Origin: Octopus vulgaris
Taxonomy: Eukaryota
DNA: 64,000 bases
Reading direction: 5' to 3'
NCBI GenBank assembly: GCA_951406725.2
Contig: OX597827.1
Location: forward strand, 51,398,001-51,462,000
A program made the translations under genes and the position numbers. The notes beneath the pieces were generated by a model. It was not told where the DNA came from. It saw nothing but the letters and a program-made list of their open reading frames with translations, and made no database searches. Shown here in pieces: positions 53,075 through 64,000 of this stretch (its first letter is position 1; every line of letters starts with the position of its first letter).

Positions 53075-53635
53075 TAGTTGTCTCAGACCTTTATCAGTTC
53101 CTCTGTAAGGTTCAACATCCAAAAATCATTTCTCACTACTTCATCCCACATTTTCCTGGGTCTTCCTCTTCCTCATGTTCTCTCCACATTTAGAGATCAG
53201 CACTTCTTTATGCAGCTGTCCTCATCCATATGCATCACATGACCATACCAGTGCCATCTTCTCTCTTGCACACAATATCTGATGCCACTTACACCCAATT
53301 TTTCTTTCAAAACATTTAAACATTGTTTTACGTATACTGACATTGTACACCCAGCAGTGTATTCTGGCTTCATTTTTCTTTCATGCTTTCACATGTCTTC
53401 TGCAGTTACAGCCCATGTTTCACTGCATTATACAGTTTGCTCTTCACACTGAGGGAAAAGCCCTTTGTGATCAACAAAAGTAATAACTCTCTGAATTTTG
53501 CCTAACTGGTTCTTATTCTAGCAGCTATGCTTTCAGAGTAACCTCCACCATTGCTTATTTGGTCTCATTGGTAATGAAAACTCTCTACTACCTCTAAGGA
53601 TTCCTCCTAGACACTTGAGGAAATTTATTTCCTGT
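53075..53635 (-). mobile_element. Decayed RTE LINE fragment
   Basis: Colinear with 40270-40830 and 59400-59920. Confidence 0.75.
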
Positions 53636-53728
53636 ATGACAGGAGAAGATAAAAATGAATGATGATTTATAGGCATGAGACCTTAACATAAAATGAGTTA
53701 GGCATAACATATTGTGAGCATGCATTAC

Positions 53729-53761
53729 TCATATGATCCAAGAGAAATAGATTTCTTTCTG
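53729..53761 (-). CDS. Possible 33-nt phase-1 microexon (A)ERNLFLLDHM
   Basis: GGTTTTGACTTCCAG acceptor, weaker TGA|GTAATG donor, length 3n, open frame. Confidence 0.4.
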   Translation of the reverse strand, partial: QKEIYFSWII

Positions 53762-54030
53762 CTGGAAGTCAAAACCAGATCATAGACATTTCTTTAGGAA
53801 ATTACTGCCATTAAATCAAGACAATATGAATAATGAAAGTTGGGAGGATAAGTTTTCTAGCTTAAAAAAATGACAAAATACTTCCATTACTTTTATATCA
53901 TATGAGGTATGAAAACCAATATGTAAAATGAAAATGAAGACATTGATTTAATGAAGTTCTGTATCAGAAAACTGAAATAAAATTTTAATAATTTCATATC
54001 AGTAATTAAGGTGTAGTATAACTACACATT

Positions 54031-54226
54031 CAGTTGTTGAGTGGTACTCGCACGAGCGGAAACGACCACCTGGAAGGCCTCAAAGACGGTGGAGTTACGA
54101 TTTTAGGAGGACGATTGGGATCACGTGGATGAGAAAGGCACGATCCAGAGAGGAGTGGACAGCGTGCTGTGACCAGCGGTGTCAAATGGACACCTGATGG
54201 ACTGGTCGGTCAAGGTGATCAAGGTG
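54031..54226 (+). mobile_element. Young 5'-truncated RTE (different family) with TSD
   Basis: EWYSHERKRPPGRPQRRW..ITWMRKARSREEW; (CAAGGTGAT)2 tail; flanks ATAACTAC(A/C)CATT. Confidence 0.8.
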
Positions 54227-54974
54227 ATAACTACCCATTTGCTTCATTCACTAATATATAAATTTATTCTAAGATACATTAATTTCTGAATCTTTGCAAT
54301 ACAACTTTGAAATGCACCTATATGTTTCAATATCAATAGTTTGTAAGGATTTAAACAAATAACTTTTTTCATTATTTAGCTGCTGTTTGTAATGTAACTC
54401 AAAAGATATTTAACCTGCTTCTTACAAACACACAAGAGACTGTTCCTAGTTCTATGATACAAACTTCTTGTGTTTAAGTGATTTAAATTGAAACTTTCAA
54501 TCAAAATTTTATTTTAGCTTATGTTTCAAACACCAGATTAATAATGACAAAATTATTGTTTTTTTTTAATTCTTCACTATTTCAAAAATTAATTGAAACA
54601 AAAGTAGTTCAGTTCAATAGCAGTATGGTAAAAAGAAAAGAGGTTAATTAAAATTATGATGGAAAGTTTAATTTAAATGCAAATACTTTTTAACAAGGTT
54701 TGATCATAGGTTCAAAGACAATTTCAGGAGTGTTGGTATCAAAAAGATTATTCAAATTCTCTGTTTTGAAAGAATAATGATTGACTTACAGGAAAGAATT
54801 TACCTTTATATTCAGTAAAGGTATAACTATTAAAGGGCATAACATTGCTTTAGACAAAAAGTGAATATAAAGTGAAAAAATAATTGGATCTGAAATTTGA
54901 ATAAATCATATTTTTAATAATATATAAAAATGATGATTTGGCCTTCTTCAAAATCAAATATGAAAATATCCTAC

Positions 54975-55035
54975 CTCTTCCATTTGTTAACCCCAAAATG
55001 ACCAACAACATGAGAACAACACCAATCCTGAACAT
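54975..55035 (-). CDS. First coding exon: signal peptide MFRIGVVLMLLVILGLTNG-R
   Basis: CACCATG start context, n/h/c-region pattern, phase-1 donor GAG|GTAGGA; TATATATAA about 65 nt upstream. Confidence 0.7.
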
Positions 55036-55106
55036 GGTGAACACAATTTTAGACAAGGAATAAAATGGTGATTGAGCAAAAGGCCAGCAAAGTGTGTTAT
55101 ATATAT

Positions 55107-55712
<606 letters not shown>

Positions 55713-56831
55713 ATGCAGTGATTGACAAAAACGAATGATAAAGAGAAAAGGAGTGAGAAAGAAATAAAAGCTAAGCTTTGTAAGATTTATTGAATTCCGC
55801 AGACAAAATCACAGACAACAAAACATTCGAAAGTTTAATCTTGTTTGTCCTATTCAATGCTGGATCTTTATTCCAGTCTCAGGCCCGGCTTTTCCCATCA
55901 CCAAATCAATAATCTTATTTATTTCAAATTCTTAGACCTTTCTTGGAACCAAAACAGGTGTCTTAACAAAAAACAATTGTTCTAAGGCCATTTAATGTTG
56001 ACAGATGTCAAATTCTTTTTTGAACACTCATTTAGTTTATATTTCAATACTTGTATATTATTTGTTCCCAAGTTTTATCAACAACGCCATGAATTTTGTT
56101 TAAATCCAGAACCAATGGAGATCATGACTTCTTATTAATAATTATATGAAGAGTTAACCTGAAATTATGATTTATGCTCACAGTGTAAAACCCCAAAGAA
56201 TACATTGTTATCCTTGAGAATGAATTTCTCCTGTTGTTAAAAACTGGACACTCAGTGAAGTATAACACATTTGCTCATAGAGGGTGATTCTAACACGACT
56301 CTATGAAAATAATTAAAGTACAACAGGACAAAAATGTAATCAGGAGTCTGACTTAGTGAAGATAAGCTCCTGATATGCACACATATAATATAGGCTGTAC
56401 TTTTCATGTGAGGCGGTGTCCATAACATTTACAGGTTTATCCAGGCTCATAAAATTGATGTGAGTGCAGTTCAACTTGAATATTTTGTTGGTAGATGTTT
56501 ATAAGAAAGAAGTATGAAGGGGAGAATTTAGAGGGTGTCAGTGGTGGAAAGGAAGGAATAAGTAAAAGTTTTATTGTGTGATCTGAGAAGGGCAAGACAC
56601 AGCATTGGTGACAAGGAGAGGCAGATTATTAAGTAAATCTGAGTGCATCAGTAAGCAGATGGCTAGTTCAGAGAACATTGTCTGTTGTAGTGGTGATAGA
56701 ATAAGCAGAGAAAGAAGAAACAGCATATTCGTGGGCCTGTGGTTATAACATGTTGGTAAGTGAATCTTGGATAAACAGCCTAGATGACCTTTTCTTGAAT
56801 GTGATCTAGGGATCTAGGATGCTTATGTGGG

Positions 56832-57137
56832 CAACAGAAGCACTATTTCTCCTTCTCCCACCTCACCCTTCTCTCTCTCTGTTCTAGTGTGTGGATATAT
56901 ATATATATATCATATTTCAGTCCACTGAAACAAACTGCAGTATGTCTTATTTTCAAAAAAGGACAGCTTCTCTGATACTGCTGCCTACCAACTGATTGTT
57001 CTCACTTCTAAGATCTTAAAGAACCAAGTCTTTCATTCTAAGAGTCTCTTTTATTGTACTTAACTGCAAAATTATGTTTTAGGATAGCTAAGAGCTTGTA
57101 TAAAGTGTAATGCATAGTTGTTCTCTAAATGGAACTC

Positions 57138-57169
<32 letters not shown>

Positions 57170-58718
57170 GGTTAGCGTCCGCTTTCCATGCTGGCATGGG
57201 TTGGACGGTTCAACTGGGGTCTGGGAAGCCAGAAGGCTGCACCAGGCCCAGTCTGATCTGGCAATGTTTCTACGGATGGATGCCCTTCCTAATGCCAATC
57301 ACTCCATGAGTGTAGTGGGTGCTTTTTACTTGCCAGACGAGGCTGGCAAACTTCCACGATTGGATGGTGCTTTTTACGTGCCACCAGCATGGAGGCCAGG
57401 CGAGGCTGGCAACAGCCACGATCAGATGGTGCTTTTTATGTGCCACCGGCATGGAGGCCAGTCGGGGCGGCGCTGGCAACAGCCACGTTCGGATGGTTCT
57501 CTTATGTGCCACCGGCACTGGTATTACAGCTACAATTTCCATTGATGTTGATCGATTTCGATTTTTATTTTGATATAACCTATTTGCTTATTAAGATTCC
57601 AACATGGTTTCAAGATAACACCATGTGTCATTGATTTCATTACCATTACATATTTCACAAGACATGGGTTACTGGCCCAGCATCTAAACACCTTTCTGAA
57701 AAAGAGTACTTTTCCTACAGGAATGAATAACATCAGGACTGTGAGTCAATTTTACACTGTTGCTACAACCAACAGTATTTTTATTGTAGTAGTTGTATTG
57801 AGAAATGTCTTTGGTTATATACACAACAAAACCAAGTTGTAGATGTCTTGGCTGATTGACCAATTCCCAACTGACTCACATGGTTGAACATTCTTTTCAA
57901 AATATCTGATGTATATTTGAACTTTAACCAGTTGAAAAATGACTGAGTAAAGTTAGTAAAATTCAGCCATTTCAATTTTATTCAGCTTCTGTGGAAGAGG
58001 TAGACCCGGGAAGACCTGGAATGAGGTGGTGAAGTATGATCTCCAAACATTAGGCCTCACCGAAGCAATGACTAGTGACCAAGACCTTTGGAAATATGCT
58101 GTGCGTGAGAAGACCCAGCAAGCCAAGTGAGACCATAAACCATGGCCTATGCCAGCTCACTTATGTGTACTTTTCGTTCATTAGACACTAAACTCTGCTT
58201 GCAAAGACCTGTTGAGGCAAGTGAAATCAAAATCAGAATCAAATTCAATGACTGGCATCCGTGCTAGTGGAGTGCTAAGAGCACCATCTGAGTGTGATTG
58301 CTGCCAAAGCAGTTGACTGGCTTCTGTGCCGGTGGCATGTAAAAAGCATTTGTATGTATGTATGTATTTACATTTCAGGTGCAAAGGCCCAGCTTCAGAA
58401 GAAAAGCAATCTGGGAAATGTCCAGTTATGCCTGTTCCATTCAGCCATACAGGGTTATTCCAACTTTGAACTTTTCTGCATTAAGATCTGAAATGTAAGA
58501 TCGTCTATACCCTGGTGATGGAGGTTCATCTCATCCTATATTAAATGCATCCATACGGCCACATATTGTAATGAACTAAATTTACCAACATTACTATGGA
58601 CAACAGAAACTGCACTACTTTCTCCTTCTCCCACCTCACCCTTCTCTCTCTTTGTTTTAGTGTGTTGGATATATATATATATCATATTTCAGTCCACTAA
58701 AACAAACTGCAGTATGTC
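56832..58718 (+). mobile_element. ~118-bp direct repeats (56832-56947, 58601-58718) bracketing a decayed element with nested RTE tails
   Basis: TTTCTCCTTCTCCCACCTCACCCTTCTCTCTCT...ATCATATTTCAGTCCACT.AAACAAACTGCAGTATGTC occurs twice. Confidence 0.6.
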
Positions 58719-58984
58719 CACTTCATTTTGCATGTATACATATATACATATTTTGTATTTCATGCATTTAATATATTTAATATATTTGATCTGTCTAATT
58801 TGTTTATTGCTTTTATACCCACTCAACTTGATGCCCCTTATAACCTTTCTTTACCTTGTGGAATGATCCTCTGTAAAGACATTGGAGTCTAAATCTAAAT
58901 CTTTTGTCCTTTGAGCCCTACTGTCTTCTATACAGAGAATATCTACATCTCATTTGTGAACAATACATATATATATTTATATGT

Positions 58985-61730
58985 ATCATCATCATTATCG
59001 TTTGACATCTGTTTTCCATGCTGGCATCGGTTAAGCGGTTTGAATGGAGACTGGTAAGCTGTGGGCTACACCAGGTTCCAATCTGATTTGGCAAGGTTTC
59101 TACAGCTGGATGCCATTCCTAATGTCAACCACTCCAAGAGTGTAGTGGGTGCTTTCTACATGCCACTGGCATGGGTGCCATTCAGACGGCACTGGCATCA
59201 GCCATGACTACAGTTTCACTTGGTTTAACAGGTCTTCACAAGCACAGCATATTGCCCAACAACTGAAGGGTACTTTTGACGGGCCAGTTATGCAACACTG
59301 GCATCAGCCATGACTACGATCTCATTTGGCTTGATGAGTCTTCTCAAGCATGACATATCTCCAAAGGTCTCATTTGCTTGTTATTGCCTCTGAGTGGCTC
59401 AACAGTTGAAGATCATGCTTCATCACCTCATCCCATGTCTTCCTGATCTACGTCTTCCACAGGTTCCCTCCACCATTAGAGTGTGACACTTCTTCACACA
59501 ACGGTTCTCATCTATATGCATTACATGATCATACCAGCACAGTCATCTCTTTTGCACACTACATCTGATGCTTCTTATGTCCAACTTTTCTCTCAGGACG
59601 CTTACACTCTGTCATGCATGCACACTGACATTTCACATCCAGCAAAGCATACTAGCTTCATTTCTTACAAGCTTACACATGGCCTCAGTGGTCACAGCCC
59701 ATGTTTCACTACCGTGTAGCATGACTGTTTGCAGACAAGCATCATACAGTCTGCCTTTCACTCTGAGCGAGAGGCCCTTTGTTACCAGCAGAGGTAGGAG
59801 CTCTCTGAACTTTGCCCAGCTTATTCCTATTCTAGCAGCTATGGTCACAGAGCATCCACCTCTGCTACTCACTTCGTCACCTAGGTAATGGGAGCTATCA
59901 ACTACTTTTAGTTTTCCCCCTGGATTGCAACGAAATCTATTTTCTGTACATTTTCAATGTTTATATCCCTGTGCACCTTCCACACACAAAAACTATTTTC
60001 TCTGTTAACCGTCCTCTGATATTGCTGCACCTCTTATGTATCCATAACTTACACCAGGTACATATTATGGAGTTTCTACCTATACCTTTTCTACAGATCG
60101 AGCAGGGTCATCTACCTGAAGGGATTTGTGATTTGTCTGCCTTCCTACTTACTAAGACTTTGGTTTTTGCTAGATTAACTCTAAGGCCCTTTGATTCTAG
60201 ACCTTACTTCCATACCTGAAACTACATGCTAAATTCATTGCTGAATTCATTGCTGTCATCTTGCTGATAGCATCTCTGCACACAGCCTGCATAGCTCTGA
60301 CAAGCCATTCAGCTAAGTGTTTTTAGCAATTGGTCAACAACAGATCATGATATGCTGTCAAAGGCTTTCTCCATAGTGAGCTGCCCTTAGCTTAGAAATC
60401 CTACATTTGTCTCACTAGGAAGAGGGTATCTGTAGCACTCTGTCCACACACATAATTGAATTGCATTTCTTTTAAGTTAAATTTTCTTCCTAATTAACTA
60501 TGATATAACTTTTCTATAGTTGATCTATAAATTTGATATCTGTATTGTGGCTTTTTTTTTTCTAGAGTATTCCCTTTACTTTATAACAATTGGCAATAAT
60601 ACTATGGCATCCATCATTGCGCAAGTTTTCTCACTCTACAACTGGACTGATTATGCAAGTAAATAGTGCATGCCCTATTTCATTGGATATTTTCAGTGTC
60701 TCAGTGACTATCTTTGGTGGTCCAGTTACTTTTCTCACCTTCAAATCTTTAATCTCCTTTTCAGCTGTATAGCAGTTAACTTCTTTAGCTGGCCCCTCTG
60801 TTGGGTCTGTTTATACTTGGAGCACTTCCACTCGTACCTCAATCTTGTCATTCAGTGACCCCTTTAAATAACATTTTCATGTCTTTTTTTCTTTTCAGCA
60901 TTAAAGAGGACAAATGCATCACATTTCTCCCCCATGTACATCCTAATTCATACTGACACAATGCTTTTCAATCCTGAACAACACACACCTCTGATTTTCT
61001 TGCTGCAGAACATTGGCAAACCTCTCACTTTTCAGTTTCAGTTTCTCTCCTTGATAAGTATGCCTGATGTCTAACTACTCTTCTAAGTACCTGATTCATC
61101 GTTCCCTTGTCTTCCACCAAACTTCTCATCTCTCTTAGCTTTTTGGCTCTATTTGCTTTACTGTTTCTACCACCATACACCCTTTCTCTCATTGTCCCAT
61201 TGACAGATCTGGCATGTGGATCACCTTGTAGAAAGTATCAGTCACCATTTATTTTTAAAGTTCCTATCGTCTCTCTTTCTCATCATATGTGAATTTGTAT
61301 TGCTTTGAATCTATGCATAGTCAAGGAGATCTTTCAACTTCCATATTGTCCTTCATCAGAAGGTATTGTATCACTAATCTGTCAAGCTCTTATCTTGAAG
61401 TTACTGATTGCTTGTCTATGTTAAGTGGTATAGTCTCCATGAGAGAAAGACTTAGTATTTACATCTAATCATCTATCCTGCTTCTTGAGGAGTATGAAGT
61501 CTATTTAGCTTGCATGTTCACTTGAGTAGTTGGTGATCAGGTAGGTGGCTGATTTCCTGAAGTTGGAAAAGGAGAGGTCATTTGTGCTACCAAATTCTGA
61601 GAATTTTGACCCATCTCCATTCTTTGTATTATATTCATAATTCAAAGTAGCCATCATGTATTGCCCAATATACATTGAAGTCACCAGTCATGATAAAGAG
61701 GCCAACAGTCCTTTTGCTCATCAGTCCATG
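58985..61730 (-). mobile_element. Decayed RTE LINE
   Basis: ARIGISWAKFRELLPLLVTKGLSLRVKGRLYDACLQTVMLHGSETW; 3' tail at ~58990-59170. Confidence 0.85.
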
Positions 61731-62714
61731 TGGGATGTGAATTATGTGCAAAGATAACTGTTGTTGCAGTGTCGCCTATGACAAGTTTAAGGTTAATTAT
61801 TGTCATATACTCTGGCTACTCAATTACTTTATCAATTTTTCTGCAAACGGATTGCCTATTCTATCCTTTCCAGTACTGTTACCCATCAGGAAGAAGCAGT
61901 ACTTGCCTAAGAGGAATTTGCTTGAGTCTCTCTCCACGTTACCTCTTGTTTATAATACACATTTACTTGACTCTTCTCTAACATCTCTATAGTTTCTCCC
62001 AATTTATCTTTAATTGAGCTAACACTGATGGTGGCAGCCCTAAAATTTTTAACCAAACAAGGAGAAGACAGTTTCCAGTGAAGTGTGAATTGTTTGATAC
62101 TGTTTATCTGAAAGAGAGTTTGGTGCAATATTTGATGATAGCTGAAGGATAGATGCTACACAGGGCCGTCCCACTACTGTATGTAGCCCTAATATAATAA
62201 TCCCTTATAAGCAATTAGTATCATACCACTAACATTAAAGAGGCTATCTGTCAGGACTAAAGAGTTCTTTCTACATTGTGTCAGCTTTTATTCAGTGATA
62301 CAGATCTCTCAGACACGTTGCCTTTGCTACAGCAAGTAGAGTTCGCATCTTCATTATGTAGTTCACTAGTGAGTTTGCTCAGGTTCCCTAACTTCCTAAA
62401 CAGGTCACATTCACATTCAAAGCCATGTCCTTCTTTGACATTTTCCATTTACTAGACAATTCATGCAATCTGGAGTAGATGGGCGAGTTGTTCTCAACAT
62501 AAGTGCGAGGTGTCTTCATGAAACTTCATGAGCTGAAGAATTTAGTTATGAAGCTATTTCTCATAGAAAGCTTACTATAGAGCTCCACTATGACTCGAAG
62601 AATGCTCAGTGTGACTTGAAGAGGCAGTTTACTATAGTAGTTTCAAGTAGTTATGGTTGTCATCAAGACATTTAACATTTGTCCATAAAAACTCCAGTAT
62701 GATTAAGTAAAAAA

Positions 62715-63090
62715 TGAGGTTGAGGTGTGTTGTGGGCTCTGAATGCAGAAGGCATGCAAAGACTAGAGGGAAATAAAGCTAGTATGTTCTGCTGGATAAG
62801 CAATGTCAGTGTACATGTGTGACAGAGTTCTAGTGTACTGAGAGAACAATTAGGCATAAAAGGAATTAGATACAGTGTACAAGAGAGAAGACTGCTGGTT
62901 TGGTCATGCAATGCATATGTATGAGGACAGTTGCATAAAGAAGTGCTCGTCATTTAAAGTGGATGGAACTTGTGGAAGTGGGAGACCCAGGAAGACATAG
63001 GATGAAGTATTGAAGCCACTCTCAAGATACTGAGCTTTACACAGGAGATGACAAAGAACTGAGATATCTGGCACCTTGCTATAGTCAAGA
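62715..63090 (+). mobile_element. RTE LINE 3' coding fragment
   Basis: Homologous to 40230-40590. Confidence 0.75.
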
Positions 63091-63749
63091 AAACCCACCC
63101 ACCACAACAGAATTGATATACTGAAACCACTTTGTAGTGCTTGTCCATGAAGGGCTTTGCACCCAACTCTATCCTCTCTGCCCTGACAACATTTTCCCCT
63201 AACCCTGAGAGCAGAATAGGCATTACTAAATCTCCTGGCTTTCTCAGTTGCCTTTCTTCTGCCACCAATAACCATTTCCCATTATCATCCCTCACCTATT
63301 GTCTCCACCAATGACCTCCTTTCTGTATCTTCTTTCCCCTGTGCTGTTCTCCATCATTAACATTTCACTTATCTATTATCACCTTCAATGCCCTCAGATA
63401 TCAACTGTTGAGCTTCCCTATATTTTTCTCCAACATTTGCTATTGTCACCTTAATCCATTCCACTTATCCAGTCCAAATTTCACCTATTCTCACCTCCCT
63501 CAATGGCCCTCAAGGGCATGTCTTAAAACATCTTCATCATCATCTCTCTTTCTGTCACTCTCTTTAATTTACTCTCTTCTCTTCTTTTCCAACTAGAGTA
63601 TCCATGTATCTATTTTACAGCAAAACACCTATCTCTGTCCCTCTATACCTTTAATCTTTCAACTGGCACAAAGCCACACCTCACTGAGTACTACTATCCA
63701 CTCCCAGTTGAGGGGTTTTTTTTGTCTTGCAAGGTATTTAGTAACCCTG

Positions 63750-63956
63750 TTAGTGCTGGTGCCACATAAAAAAAGCACTGGTGCCACTTAAAAAGTACCC
63801 AGTAAACCCTGTGAAGTGGTTGACATTAGGAAGGGCATCCAGCTGTAGAAACCATGCCAAAAGAGACAATAAAACCTGGTATGGTCCCTGGCCTTCCCAG
63901 CTCCTGTCAAACTGTCCAACGGCCAACATGGAAAATGAACATTAAATGATGATGAT
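63750..63956 (+). mobile_element. RTE 3' tail
   Basis: AGGAAGGGCATCCAGCTGTAGAAACC...CATGGAAAATGAACATTAAATGATGATGA. Confidence 0.8.
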
Positions 63957-64000
63957 TAATGCCTGTTAGCTGTTTCTGCCAATATTGCACATGTCCATAT

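Noticed and set aside
61325-61365. CTGATGA...GAAAGATCTC on the minus strand
   Set aside because: No stem I or II pairing; lies within RTE coding remnant

Overview
AT-rich, repeat-dense eukaryotic DNA. The SINE families, RTE LINEs ending in (GAT)n tails and abundant microsatellites suggest an octopus/coleoid cephalopod (inference from recognition, not a search). One clear gene is present: a single-coding-exon C2H2 zinc-finger gene (minus, 18873-20345) with a probable non-coding first exon and CpG-richer promoter near 26900-27000. A second minus-strand gene, missed by the ORF track, can be assembled by hand from splice signals (~55035 to 41989, perhaps continuing to ~33000). It has a signal-peptide exon, tiny symmetric phase-1 exons, a furin-type RLKR site and a strongly cationic, amphipathic C-terminal peptide. 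The rest is mostly decayed mobile DNA: RTE, CR1 and Jockey-like LINEs, Penelope-like fragments with several minimal hammerhead-ribozyme motifs, a Gypsy remnant, Tc1/mariner fossils, piggyBac-, hAT- and Merlin-type MITEs, and three tRNA-derived SINE families. Most listed short ORFs are microsatellite or TE artefacts. TE boundaries are approximate.
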